Part shown: piece by piece, positions 17,868-27,837 of the stretch
How positions within the stretch are numbered: position 1 is the stretch's first letter
Layout: each line of letters starts with the position of its first letter
Notes under the pieces: model-generated
Databases searched by the model: none
What the model was told of the DNA's origin: nothing
The model's input: only the letters and a program-made list of their open reading frames with translations
Translations under genes and position numbers: made by a program
IMG/VR virus record: IMGVR_UViG_3300025133_009964
Span: 4,146 to 68,145 of that record
Length of the DNA: 64,000 nt
Source of the DNA: a virus
Direction: 5' to 3' (one strand)

Positions 17868-18056
17868 ATGGCAACAGTAAAAACTACGAATGAGAACAAT
17901 AAAGAATTAAGCGAGACAGTCAACAAACTAAGTACTAGAATAAGTGTCTTAAGAGATGAGTTAGCTAGTATGAAAAATGATGTACATCTGTTCAAGGAAT
18001 CTGTTAGCAAAGATCTTAAAAATATTGTAACATTTCTTGGTAAGAATAAAAAATAA
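17868..18056 (+). CDS. Small coiled-coil protein
   Basis: GGAGG RBS before ATG 17868; heptad pattern. Confidence 0.7.
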   Translation: MATVKTTNENNKELSETVNKLSTRISVLRDELASMKNDVHLFKESVSKDLKNIVTFLGKNKK

Positions 18057-18367
18057 TGACAAATACAGAAGAAAAGCCTATTATAAACAAGCCCTGGAAA
18101 AATGAATCTTTTCATTCATCTTATGAATCTGCAGATGCTAAAAGAAATAAATTAATACGCATATGGGATGACGATGAAAAACACAAAGGAATGCAGGTAA
18201 AAGTAAAGCGTCTTTCTTCTAGAAATCAATTTGTTGTTAAAACAAGATTACATCCGGATTTTGAACAGAAGCAAGATAAGGAGAAAAAAAAGAAAAATGC
18301 CAAACGTAATAAAAAAAATAAAAGAGCTAATGAGGGAGGAAAATATGACCCTCAAGCAACTTCTTAA
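18056..18367 (+). CDS. Basic hypothetical protein
   Basis: TAATG coupling to the upstream gene; Lys-rich tail. Confidence 0.7.
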   Translation: MTNTEEKPIINKPWKNESFHSSYESADAKRNKLIRIWDDDEKHKGMQVKVKRLSSRNQFVVKTRLHPDFEQKQDKEKKKKNAKRNKKNKRANEGGKYDPQATS

Positions 18368-18491
18368 AAAATATCCACATTTGGCAGAAATGCACATAGA
18401 AGAATCTATGGATTTGGATGAAATACAAGAAAAACAAAGTTGCGCTAGCGGCAGAAAACAAAATAAAAAGAAAAAATTGCTATTGGATTAA
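18345..18491 (+). CDS. Small hypothetical protein
   Basis: GGAGG RBS; MTLKQLLKKYPHL...KKKKLLLD. Confidence 0.6.
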   Translation: MTLKQLLKKYPHLAEMHIEESMDLDEIQEKQSCASGRKQNKKKKLLLD

Positions 18492-18492
18492 A

Positions 18493-18693
18493 ATGAAAAC
18501 TAAAATATATTATTTCACCTTTTTTGACTCGTTTACACAACGAAGTGAAAATCTTAAAGTGGAAGCAAAAACATTTGCAGAAGCTGTTAGTCCAGCTTAT
18601 ATACATCGTCAAACCTTGAATAGACAACATACCAAAAGTAATTGGGATATAATTAGGCTAAAGAGCAAAGATATCAAAGCTAAACAAACCTAA
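18493..18693 (+). CDS. Small hypothetical protein
   Basis: ATG 1 nt after the previous stop; MKTKIYYFTF. Confidence 0.55.
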   Translation: MKTKIYYFTFFDSFTQRSENLKVEAKTFAEAVSPAYIHRQTLNRQHTKSNWDIIRLKSKDIKAKQT

Positions 18694-18834
18694 ATTATAG
18701 TCTTTAGGCCCAGGTACCAGAAAACACCCCAAAAATCGATTTTTATAAAAAAGCAGGTATATCCTTGAGTTAACAAATAGAATCGATTAAAGATACCTTA
18801 AATATCAAGGATAAGGCATTAGAGCGACGCTACC

Positions 18835-19128
18835 ATGACATCTAGGCAAGAATTAGATCGTTTAAAACAAATCTATAAAGAAGAATCGATCAAGATCTTA
18901 ATGGACCACGATGTAATTTTTCATATGAAAGGGCTTGATTCGGATATAAAAATAGTTTTTGTTGAACAAGATGAATATTCGCCCGAAGAGGTTACGTTTG
19001 AGATGTTGGAAAATTTTAAGCAAAGAATACAAAAAGAGATTAACCCCACGTGGTATGTGGGAATATTTTTTACAGATATTGAGGCCGCGGATACAGCTAA
19101 TAGATCAGAAGAAGAATATCAATTATAA
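18835..19128 (+). CDS. Hypothetical protein
   Basis: 97-aa ORF whose stop abuts the convergent protease gene. Confidence 0.6.
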   Translation: MTSRQELDRLKQIYKEESIKILMDHDVIFHMKGLDSDIKIVFVEQDEYSPEEVTFEMLENFKQRIQKEINPTWYVGIFFTDIEAADTANRSEEEYQL

Positions 19129-19887
19129 TTAATGTAAAAAATTCCACAAAGCTTTATACGTTGATGATACAGAAATATGATGGAAATATATCAAAACAGA
19201 ATGTGTAACGCCAACAATTCTACCTTCACTATTTAATAGTGGTGATCCGCTAGATCCACCAGCTGCTGGTACTGTATAGTAAGCACGATTAAACTTGTTC
19301 CCAGCAAAGCGGCCTTCTAAGATCGGCACCATTCCCTCCTCTGCTACTCCGATCGGCGAGGCAACTGAATATATATGTTCTGCATATTCAGGCTCTCTGC
19401 TGCTAATTTTTAGTATTGGATCCCCTACCATATCCAAATAATCAACGCTCTTCAATAAGCACAGATCGTTCTCTTTATCTATTTTTACTACGGCAAGATC
19501 ATACTTATCGCTACTATAGCCTTCCTTAAGGCTAAAAAGATCATAATTAACAGTTGCAGCTGCCAACATAGCTTTAAATTCTAATTCTTCGTTGGAACAG
19601 ACGTGTGCAACTGTTAAGATGTGCTTTTTACCTCTATATTTAACAATAGATCCAGATCCTGATGCAGTACCAACTAATTGTTTAATACATTCTTTTTTCC
19701 CATTATCTTCTTCTGTACAATGTGTGAGAAAAGCAGAAACCTCTATTTTAACAAAAGATCTTTTCGCCTCTCTTAGCATATTATCAATACCGGCAGCAGA
19801 AGTAATTTGTGTTTTAGTTCCTGTTACGCAACTAGTTATTAACATAAACAGAATTAAAGAGAGAGAAATATAGTATCTCCTTGCCAT
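19129..19887 (-). CDS. Trypsin-like serine protease, lipoprotein
   Basis: Lipobox-like LITSC; catalytic triad LTVAHVC, NDLCLL, GGSSGSP. Confidence 0.85.
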   Translation of the reverse strand: MARRYYISLSLILFMLITSCVTGTKTQITSAAGIDNMLREAKRSFVKIEVSAFLTHCTEEDNGKKECIKQLVGTASGSGSIVKYRGKKHILTVAHVCSNEELEFKAMLAAATVNYDLFSLKEGYSSDKYDLAVVKIDKENDLCLLKSVDYLDMVGDPILKISSREPEYAEHIYSVASPIGVAEEGMVPILEGRFAGNKFNRAYYTVPAAGGSSGSPLLNSEGRIVGVTHSVLIYFHHISVSSTYKALWNFLH

Positions 19888-19919
19888 ATTATTAACTACT
19901 TTAAATTATAGGAAAACGA

Positions 19920-21230
19920 ATGAAAAAAATTTATGTTTTGGACACAAATGTGTTTTTGACGAATGCTGAGTCGATATTTTCCTTCAAAAATAATGATGTT
20001 ATTATACCTCTTAAGGTCCTGGAAGAAATTGATAAACATAAAAAAAGACAAGATGGAGTTGGCTTAAACGCACGCCACACAATTCGCCTTCTTGACGATT
20101 TAAGAAGCAAAGGCTCATTGTACAAGGGAGTAAGAATAGCTAAAGGCAAGGGAATATTATCTGTTCGAGGATATGATCCCGAAGATCTTCCTAGGGGCGT
20201 CGATATACAGAGCCCAGATAATGAAATTATTACAACAGCAATAACTGAGCATAGAAAAAACCCCAAAAGAAAAGTGATTGTTGTTACACGCGATATTAAT
20301 ATGCGCGTAAAATGTGATGCCTTACAGATGCCAACAGAAGATTATGTGTCTGAACACATTGTGACAGATACAAATGAACTTTATACTGGTTTTACAAAAT
20401 GTCTCGTGGATGATCAAATAATAGATAGATTTTATTCCGATGAGGAGGTTATCCTAGAAGAAGAAGAGCACGAAAAATTATTTCCAAATGAATTCATTAT
20501 TTTAGTATCGAGTACCGACCAGAAAAAAACTGGGTTGGCAAGATATTATGGACGCAATAAACCAATTGGAAAAGCAAAAGATTATAAAAAAGGTATATGG
20601 GGTCTTTTCCCCAGAAACAAAGAACAATCATTTGGTTTAAACTTATTATTAGATAAAAATATATCAGTAATTACTATGATAGGAAAAGCAGGTTGTGGCA
20701 AAACACTCTTGGCTATAGCGGCCGGCTTAGAGCAGGTTTTGGAAACACATATTTATAAAAAATTAATTGTTTCTAGACCGGTCCAGCCCCTTGGCAAAGA
20801 TATAGGATATCTTCCTGGCACTTTAGAGGAAAAAATGAAGCCTTGGCTGGCGCCAATACAAGATAATATTGATTTTCTTTTAAATGGTAAAAAAAGCCAT
20901 ATGGAAATGTTTTTTGAAGATGGCACAATTGAAATAGAAGCCCTGACTTATATCAGGGGACGTTCTATATCCAATGCTTTCATCATCATTGATGAAGCTC
21001 AAAATCTCACGGTTCACGAATTAAAAACCATTATTACAAGAGTTGGAGAAAATACAAAAATTATTTTGACTGGAGATATAGAGCAAATTGATAATACCTA
21101 TTTGGATTCAACCTCTAATGGTCTTTCCTATGCGATAGAGAAATTAAAAAATTACGAAATCTCCGGACATATAACCTTGATGAAAGGGGAAAGATCGAAA
21201 GTTGCGACGTTAGCAGCAAAAATATTGTGA
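19920..21230 (+). CDS. phoH: PIN-PhoH ATPase (PhoH2/YlaK-like)
   Basis: PIN motifs VLDTNV and VTRDINMR; GKAGCGKT; IGYLPG; RGRS; IIDEAQN; GDIEQID. Confidence 0.92.
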   Translation: MKKIYVLDTNVFLTNAESIFSFKNNDVIIPLKVLEEIDKHKKRQDGVGLNARHTIRLLDDLRSKGSLYKGVRIAKGKGILSVRGYDPEDLPRGVDIQSPDNEIITTAITEHRKNPKRKVIVVTRDINMRVKCDALQMPTEDYVSEHIVTDTNELYTGFTKCLVDDQIIDRFYSDEEVILEEEEHEKLFPNEFIILVSSTDQKKTGLARYYGRNKPIGKAKDYKKGIWGLFPRNKEQSFGLNLLLDKNISVITMIGKAGCGKTLLAIAAGLEQVLETHIYKKLIVSRPVQPLGKDIGYLPGTLEEKMKPWLAPIQDNIDFLLNGKKSHMEMFFEDGTIEIEALTYIRGRSISNAFIIIDEAQNLTVHELKTIITRVGENTKIILTGDIEQIDNTYLDSTSNGLSYAIEKLKNYEISGHITLMKGERSKVATLAAKIL

Positions 21231-21323
21231 TTAAAGAGATTTTAGGCTTTACAATTATGTTACTTGCTTCTATATTAATAATAATGATTTTTATAGATTT
21301 AGTCATATTTGGAGGAAAAATCA

Positions 21324-21626
21324 ATGGATATTACAGAGCCAACGGGCATCGAGGAAAACACTACATTAAAAGAAACGGTAGAGCCAGAAAACGATCTAAA
21401 AAATCTATTAGTTGAATATGTAGGAGAAAAACTCAATCCAGAGAATTTGGATATTACGGTCGAAATGATTGTGGAAATTGTAGCAAAAGAATTTCCAGAA
21501 TTTTTATTAGCCATAGCAGAAGAAAATTTTATAAGAGGATATCAACAGGCACTAGAAGATGCCGAAATTGGTAGAAAATTATTTGAAGAAGATATGAAGA
21601 GGCTAGCCGATGACAAATCAGAATAA
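21324..21626 (+). CDS. Conserved phage hypothetical protein
   Basis: GGAGG RBS; EFPEFLLAIAEENFIRGYQQAL. Confidence 0.75.
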   Translation: MDITEPTGIEENTTLKETVEPENDLKNLLVEYVGEKLNPENLDITVEMIVEIVAKEFPEFLLAIAEENFIRGYQQALEDAEIGRKLFEEDMKRLADDKSE

Positions 21627-22290
21627 AATAGTTAATCTTATTAAAGAATCTTCAGAAAACAAAAGAGAATATAAATTATATAATATTTCGATATGGATAA
21701 AAGATTCTCTACCAAAAAACATAAGAATAGAAAATATAATATCTTCTCTGCAGGAAAGATTGCCTAGGCATACTCTAGGGCACGTCGATATAATTTATAT
21801 TGGTCAATTTGATCACCTTAAGTCTAGACAGGTTAATTCATCTTATATGGATGCATCAATATATGTAACCAACGAACAAGACAATGAAGGTGATATTATT
21901 GATGATATTGTTCACGAAATAGCACATTCTTTAGAAGAAAAATACAATTATGAGATTTATTCCGATGATCAGATTAGAGATGAATTTCTTAGGAAAAGAA
22001 AAAGAATGAAAAGAGTATTAAGTTTCCAAGGAGTGGAGACAGAAACTCAAGATTTTTTCAATACTGAATACAGTATTGAATTTGATAAATATTTGTATAA
22101 AGACACAGGCTATGAGACATTACACAGGCTAGTTGGAAGAATATTTAATTCTCCTTATGCAGCCACTTCTTTACGAGAATATTTTGCCAATGGCTTCGAA
22201 GCATATTATTTGGGTAATAGAGAAAGACTGTTAAAAATTAGCCCACTATTATTTGCAAAAATAAAAGAAATAGACGAGATAGGAGAATAA
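21610..22290 (+). CDS. Zinc metallopeptidase-like protein
   Basis: VHEIAH plus downstream YAATSLREYFANGFEAY (gluzincin-like). Confidence 0.7.
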   Translation: MTNQNKIVNLIKESSENKREYKLYNISIWIKDSLPKNIRIENIISSLQERLPRHTLGHVDIIYIGQFDHLKSRQVNSSYMDASIYVTNEQDNEGDIIDDIVHEIAHSLEEKYNYEIYSDDQIRDEFLRKRKRMKRVLSFQGVETETQDFFNTEYSIEFDKYLYKDTGYETLHRLVGRIFNSPYAATSLREYFANGFEAYYLGNRERLLKISPLLFAKIKEIDEIGE

Positions 22291-22291
22291 A

Positions 22292-23077
22292 ATGTCACAT
22301 ATATCATTTTCAGAGCTTAAGATTTGGGATGAATGTTCTTTTAAACATAAATTAGTTTATGAGGATAACATAAAAGAATTTTTAGGAAATGAACACACTG
22401 CCTTTGGTACAGCGGTACACGAAGTCTGCGAAAAGTCTGTATTGGGCGAAATTGACACAAGCTTTGCTGTGTTAAATGATTGCTTCAATAACAAGTTTTT
22501 AAAAGAAATAAAAAGCTTAACTGAAAAAAATGTAAATTTAAATAAAAACCTTATAAAGGATATGAGAACTCAAGCTTATACATTGCTGCCTTATGTCATT
22601 CCATCCCTTGTAACTTATTTTGGTGAATACGAGGTTTTTTCGGCAGAAGAAAAGCTCTATGAAACTATTGAAAATTCTAAAAAAATGTATAAAGGCTACA
22701 TCGATCTTGTTTTAAAAACAAAAGATGGCAAGTACCATATTATTGATTGGAAAACTTGTTCTTGGGGATGGAATTCCAAAAGAAAGGCCGATCGAATGAC
22801 AACATATCAGCTGACATTCTACAAATATTTCTTTGCAGCGAAGCACAACATAGATCCAAAAAATATTGAAACTCATTTTGCTTTATTAAAAAGAACAGCC
22901 AAAACAAATAAAGTAGAAATATTTCGTGTTACCAGTGGCGCGCGAAAAACTGAAAATGCCCTTAACTTACTGGATAAAGCAGTATATAATATTTCGAAGA
23001 AGAGGTCTATTAAAAATAGACTTAGCTGTACAGCTGGTTATGGCTGCGAGTTCTATAAAACAAAACATTGTCCGTAG
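22292..23077 (+). CDS. PD-(D/E)XK exonuclease (Cas4/AddB-like)
   Basis: ISFS; FGTAVH; GYIDLV; IIDWKT; QLTFY; one N-terminal and three C-terminal Cys. Confidence 0.85.
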   Translation: MSHISFSELKIWDECSFKHKLVYEDNIKEFLGNEHTAFGTAVHEVCEKSVLGEIDTSFAVLNDCFNNKFLKEIKSLTEKNVNLNKNLIKDMRTQAYTLLPYVIPSLVTYFGEYEVFSAEEKLYETIENSKKMYKGYIDLVLKTKDGKYHIIDWKTCSWGWNSKRKADRMTTYQLTFYKYFFAAKHNIDPKNIETHFALLKRTAKTNKVEIFRVTSGARKTENALNLLDKAVYNISKKRSIKNRLSCTAGYGCEFYKTKHCP

Positions 23078-23086
23078 GAGGAAAAA

Positions 23087-24346
23087 TTGGATAAAATAAA
23101 GATTTTTACTATATCAGATCATCCATTATCGCCCTCTGGAGTAGGCATCCAGACGCGTAATATGATTAAATATTTACTTGAGACCGGAAAATATAAATTT
23201 ATATGTTTCGGTGGAGCAATCAAACATAGAGATTATCAGCCCGTCAAGGTGGAACCATATGGAGATGATTGGGTTATATATCCCATCGATGGATATGGAA
23301 ATCACGATATGGTGCGTTCATTATTACGCAATGAAAAACCAGATATGTTGTGGTTTATGACAGATCCTAGATTCTATACTTGGTTATGGGAAATTGAAGA
23401 CGAGATTCGGCCCCTGGTACCAATGGTTTATTACCATGTATGGGATAACTATCCATATCCAAATTATAATGCAAATTATTATAACTCTACAGATGCGATC
23501 GCATCTATTTCAAAAGTTACATATGATATTGTTTCCACAGTGGCCCCCGGCGTAAAAGGTGCCTATCTTCCACACTCAGTAGATTCGAGTATTTTTAAAA
23601 TTCTAGAGCAGGAAGAGATAGAAGAAATTAGAAAAGAACATTTTCCGGAAGATGAAGAAAATAAAAAATATTTGTGTTTTTGGAATAGCAGAAATGCCCG
23701 CCGCAAACAAAGTGGATGTTTGATATTCTGGTTTAAGGAATTTTTAGATAAAGTAGGACATGATAACGCTAGGCTAGTAATGCATACAGATATTAGAGAT
23801 CCCAATGGACAAGACTTAATGGCTATTGTTGAAAATCTAGGCCTCACGGACGGTCAGGTACTTTTTTCACAAAAGAAGCTTCCACCAGAAGCTATGTCTG
23901 TGATGTATAATATGGCTGATTGCACAATAAGCATTTCAGACGCAGAAGGTTTTGGATTATCTACTTTAGAATCGCTTTCTTGCGGTACACCAATAATTGT
24001 GAATATGACGGGTGGCCTACAAGAACAAGTTACGGATGGCGAAGAGTGGTTTGGTATAGGAATTGAACCAACATCAAAATCTATAATTGGATCGCTAGAC
24101 GTACCATACATTTATGAGGATAGGATGTCTAAAGAAGATTTTCTCGATGCAATGATGAAAATGTATAATATGTCAGACGAAGAAAGAAAATCTCTCGGTC
24201 AAAGAGGGAGAGCCCATGTGGAAAAAAATTATAATTTTGAAGATTATGGAAAAAAATGGGATGAACTGTTAACACAAATTTATGAAGAGATGGGTTCTTG
24301 GGATAATAGAAAAGGATATAAATCTTGGGAGTTATTAGAGGTATAA
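23087..24346 (+). CDS. Glycosyltransferase, GT-B (GT4-like)
   Basis: RNARRK; EGFGLSTLESLSCGTP. Confidence 0.9.
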   Translation: MDKIKIFTISDHPLSPSGVGIQTRNMIKYLLETGKYKFICFGGAIKHRDYQPVKVEPYGDDWVIYPIDGYGNHDMVRSLLRNEKPDMLWFMTDPRFYTWLWEIEDEIRPLVPMVYYHVWDNYPYPNYNANYYNSTDAIASISKVTYDIVSTVAPGVKGAYLPHSVDSSIFKILEQEEIEEIRKEHFPEDEENKKYLCFWNSRNARRKQSGCLIFWFKEFLDKVGHDNARLVMHTDIRDPNGQDLMAIVENLGLTDGQVLFSQKKLPPEAMSVMYNMADCTISISDAEGFGLSTLESLSCGTPIIVNMTGGLQEQVTDGEEWFGIGIEPTSKSIIGSLDVPYIYEDRMSKEDFLDAMMKMYNMSDEERKSLGQRGRAHVEKNYNFEDYGKKWDELLTQIYEEMGSWDNRKGYKSWELLEV

Positions 24347-24347
24347 A

Positions 24348-26324
24348 ATGAAGAAAAAATTATTAGTTAGAGGGCCGGCCCTTTCACGATCTGGATATGG
24401 TGAACATTGTAGATTCTTGTTGCGATCATTAAGAGAATATAGCGAATATTTTGAAATATTTCTTTTTAATACCAATTGGGGACAGACTAATTGGCTTCAT
24501 GAGGACAATGAAGAGAGAAGATGGCTAGATGGTATCATAGGAAAAACTTCTGCCTATCTTCAGCATTGCAAAACAATAAATCAAAATCCAGACTTTGATA
24601 TGTCTGCACAAGTTACCATTCCAAATGAATGGGAGAAATATGCTCCCGTAAATATTGGAGTAACTGCCGGTATTGAAACAACACAAGTAGCTCCGGAATG
24701 GTTGCAGAAGGCTAACATAATGGACAAAATTATTGTAGTCTCAAATCATGCAAAAGAAATCTTTGAAAGAACGGTTTATGAAACAGAAAACAAAGGAACG
24801 AAAGAAAGTGGACCAAACTTAACTTGTGAAGTACCGATTGAAGTTATACATTATCCGGTAAAAAACATTCTTTTAGAAGAAACTAATATTGATTTAGAAA
24901 ATGATTTTAATTTTCTTACTGTAGCACAATGGGGCCCGAGAAAAAATCTAGATAATACCATCCGCTGGTTTGTCGAAGAATTTATTGATATCAATGTAGG
25001 ATTGATTGTGAAAGTTTCCATTGCTAGAAACAATATCACAGATCGGTCTTTCGCTAAAAAACGCCTGGAAAATATATTAAATGATTATCCCAACAGAAAA
25101 TGCAAGGTGTACTTGCTTCACGGAAATATGTCTGAAGGAGAGATGGCATCACTATATAAGCATCCAAAAATAAAAGCTTTGATATCATTATCCCACGGTG
25201 AAGGATTTGGATTACCTTTATTCGAGGCAGCTTATAGTGGTATGCCCGTGATTTCAACAGAATGGAGCGGCCAAATCGACTTTTTGACTGCGCCAGTAAA
25301 AGATAAAAAAGGAAAAGTAAAAAATAAAAATCTTTTTGCTGATGTTAAATTTAGTATTATGCCAATTCAAACAGAGGCTGTATGGGAAGGAGTACTCCAG
25401 GCAGAATCTTCTTGGGCATATGCAGATCAAGGTTCATATAAAATTACCTTAAGAGAAATATACAAAGATTATGGAAGATTCAAAAAACAAGCCAAGACCT
25501 TACAAAAACATATATTAGAAAATTTTGAACAAAATGGTCAATATAAGAAATTTGTACAAGCAATTTTGGGACAAGATGTCAAAAAGATCAATATAGAAGA
25601 AATACCAAAAGTTTCTATCATAACATCTGTATATAATGGAGATGAATATATAAGACCATTCCTAGAAGATATCACGCGACAGACAATTTTCGAAGATAAA
25701 TGTGAATTAGTTATAATAAACGCCAATTCACCGGGAAATGAAGAAGAAGTCATCTTGGAATATAAGGAAAAATATCCAGACAATATTGTATATCGCAGGC
25801 TAGAAGAAGATCCTGGAATTTATGGAGTTTGGAATATGGGTGTTGAAATGGCATCCGGAGAATATTTGACTAATGCCAATTTGGATGACAGAAAGGCGCC
25901 TTGGGCCCTGGAGCTGCATGCAAAAAGCCTATATATGAATGAATCGATTGATTTGGTTTATGCTGATATGTTTATAACAGATCAGCCAAATGAAACTTGG
26001 GAAGTTAATTCTGCAAAAGATAGAAGATATAATTTTCCAGAATTTTCATATGAAAATCTCAAGATGGCCAATATGCCCCATGCTTCTCCTATGTGGCGGC
26101 GCCAAATCCATGAAAAATATGGCTTTTTTGATGCAAAATATAGATCCGCCGGCGATTGGGAGATGTGGCTTAGGGCCGCCTCACAAGGATCGAAATTTAA
26201 GAAAATTGATGGCGCCCTAGGTCTATACTATTTCAATCCGACTGGCATCTCTACAAATCCGGATAATTTCTCTTGGAAGCAAGAGGAAGAAAGTGAGATT
26301 TATGAGAAATATGCAGAAAAATAA
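24348..26324 (+). CDS. Bifunctional glycosyltransferase (GT4 + GT2)
   Basis: EGFGLPLFEAA; then VSIITSVYN, NANLDD, GDWEMWLR. Confidence 0.88.
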   Translation: MKKKLLVRGPALSRSGYGEHCRFLLRSLREYSEYFEIFLFNTNWGQTNWLHEDNEERRWLDGIIGKTSAYLQHCKTINQNPDFDMSAQVTIPNEWEKYAPVNIGVTAGIETTQVAPEWLQKANIMDKIIVVSNHAKEIFERTVYETENKGTKESGPNLTCEVPIEVIHYPVKNILLEETNIDLENDFNFLTVAQWGPRKNLDNTIRWFVEEFIDINVGLIVKVSIARNNITDRSFAKKRLENILNDYPNRKCKVYLLHGNMSEGEMASLYKHPKIKALISLSHGEGFGLPLFEAAYSGMPVISTEWSGQIDFLTAPVKDKKGKVKNKNLFADVKFSIMPIQTEAVWEGVLQAESSWAYADQGSYKITLREIYKDYGRFKKQAKTLQKHILENFEQNGQYKKFVQAILGQDVKKINIEEIPKVSIITSVYNGDEYIRPFLEDITRQTIFEDKCELVIINANSPGNEEEVILEYKEKYPDNIVYRRLEEDPGIYGVWNMGVEMASGEYLTNANLDDRKAPWALELHAKSLYMNESIDLVYADMFITDQPNETWEVNSAKDRRYNFPEFSYENLKMANMPHASPMWRRQIHEKYGFFDAKYRSAGDWEMWLRAASQGSKFKKIDGALGLYYFNPTGISTNPDNFSWKQEEESEIYEKYAEK

Positions 26325-26340
26325 TTTAAGGAAAAAATTT

Positions 26341-27141
26341 ATGAATTTAGTTGATGCCCGGACACTTAATACAGAGACTAAAAGAGAGGTACCTTCGGGC
26401 CTGTATTTGGATCTTAAAGATGGTCCAATTTTAAAAAAATATCTAGAAGCAATTGATGTTGAAAATCATTTTTATATTGATATTGGTGCTAGCTACCATT
26501 TCAATATGCCCGAAGAGACAGTTAAAAAATCAGATTTGACAATTTTTTTTGAAGCTGATCTAGAAAAGATATCGCGTTATAATAACTGGAATTTAGATAA
26601 TTTTCATTTAATAACAGAAAAAGCTACTCCGGATAATGTAGTTGGATTAATCAGAAATATAACAAATAATTCAAATCCAAAATTGCTTGATTTAGATATT
26701 GATGGATATGATTTTTTTGTTTTAGAATCTTTATTAAAAGAAATAACTCCTTCGTTGATCGTTGCAGAAATTAATGAAAAAATTCCTCCACCTATAAAAT
26801 TTTCTGTTAAATACGATCCAGATTATTGGTGGGATACTTCTCATTTTTATGGTATGAGTTTATCGAAATGTTGTGAATTATTAAATGAACACGGATATGA
26901 ATTAATAAATTTGACTTTTAATAATGTATACGCGGTACGAAAAGATAAAAATCCCGGCTTTAAGGCCTATAGTGCTTCTGAGGCATATAACTTGTTTTAT
27001 CGATATGCCGGCTGGGAAACATATTTTCATAGTAATGAAAATATGCGTCCTCTTTTAAGGCTCGGTCCAGAAAAAGGCGTAGAATGGCTGCAGGATTTTT
27101 TTAAAGATTATGATAAAGATAAATACGATTTATATATCTAA
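26341..27141 (+). CDS. FkbM-like SAM methyltransferase
   Basis: IDIGA; LDLDIDGYD; IVAEIN; start could be 26311. Confidence 0.7.
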   Translation: MNLVDARTLNTETKREVPSGLYLDLKDGPILKKYLEAIDVENHFYIDIGASYHFNMPEETVKKSDLTIFFEADLEKISRYNNWNLDNFHLITEKATPDNVVGLIRNITNNSNPKLLDLDIDGYDFFVLESLLKEITPSLIVAEINEKIPPPIKFSVKYDPDYWWDTSHFYGMSLSKCCELLNEHGYELINLTFNNVYAVRKDKNPGFKAYSASEAYNLFYRYAGWETYFHSNENMRPLLRLGPEKGVEWLQDFFKDYDKDKYDLYI

Positions 27142-27809
27142 TGAGATTAATAGCATTTACAGTTTGGGGAAATGATCCAAAATATCTTTTAGGCGCTACC
27201 AAAAATGCTATTTTGGCCAAAGAAATATATCCAGGCTGGATATGTAGATTTTATGTTTCGCAAGAGACACCATATCCCTGGAAATATAATTTAAAAAAAT
27301 TACATAATGTTGAGGTAGTAGAAGTACCAAAAATAGGTGATTGGACTTTTTCTTTTAATCGCTTTCTCGCGATGTCAGAAGATGAGGTAGAAGTCGTGGT
27401 TTCTAGAGATACTGATTCTAGACTAACTTTGAGAGAAAAAGCTGCTGTTGATGAGTGGCTAGCTAGCGATAAGAATTTTCATATTATGAAAGATCATCCC
27501 TGGCACTATACATATCCTATTTTAGCTGGTATGTTTGGGTGTAAGAGGGGCACTATTAAAAATATATCTGCAGATATTGATTCTTTTAAAAAAACTGATT
27601 GGTATCATTCGGATCAAGAATTTTTGAAACAAGTCATATATCCACAAATACAAAATAATATAATGATTCACGATGATTTTAACCAGAGGCCATTTCCAAC
27701 TAAGAGAATTGGATATGAATTTATCGGTCAAGTTTTTGATGAATATGACAATACAATAATGGAACATGTAGAAATATTGAAAACAAAATTAATAAAAGAT
27801 AAAATATGA
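27141..27809 (+). CDS. Putative GT-A-type glycosyltransferase
   Basis: SRDTDSRL (DxD); DHPWH; ILAGMFG; DQEFL; lies within the glycosylation island. Confidence 0.55.
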   Translation: MRLIAFTVWGNDPKYLLGATKNAILAKEIYPGWICRFYVSQETPYPWKYNLKKLHNVEVVEVPKIGDWTFSFNRFLAMSEDEVEVVVSRDTDSRLTLREKAAVDEWLASDKNFHIMKDHPWHYTYPILAGMFGCKRGTIKNISADIDSFKKTDWYHSDQEFLKQVIYPQIQNNIMIHDDFNQRPFPTKRIGYEFIGQVFDEYDNTIMEHVEILKTKLIKDKI

Positions 27810-27837
27810 ATTATATATATGAAAAAAAGGTAAAAAG

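Noticed and set aside
21227-21415. 62-aa hydrophobic ORF after phoH
   Set aside because: Overlaps the better supported 21324 gene and has a GTG start without a clear RBS; possible but unsupported.
22292-23077. Cas4-like gene as part of a CRISPR-Cas locus
   Set aside because: No repeat-spacer array or other cas genes seen; solo Cas4-like nucleases are common in phages.
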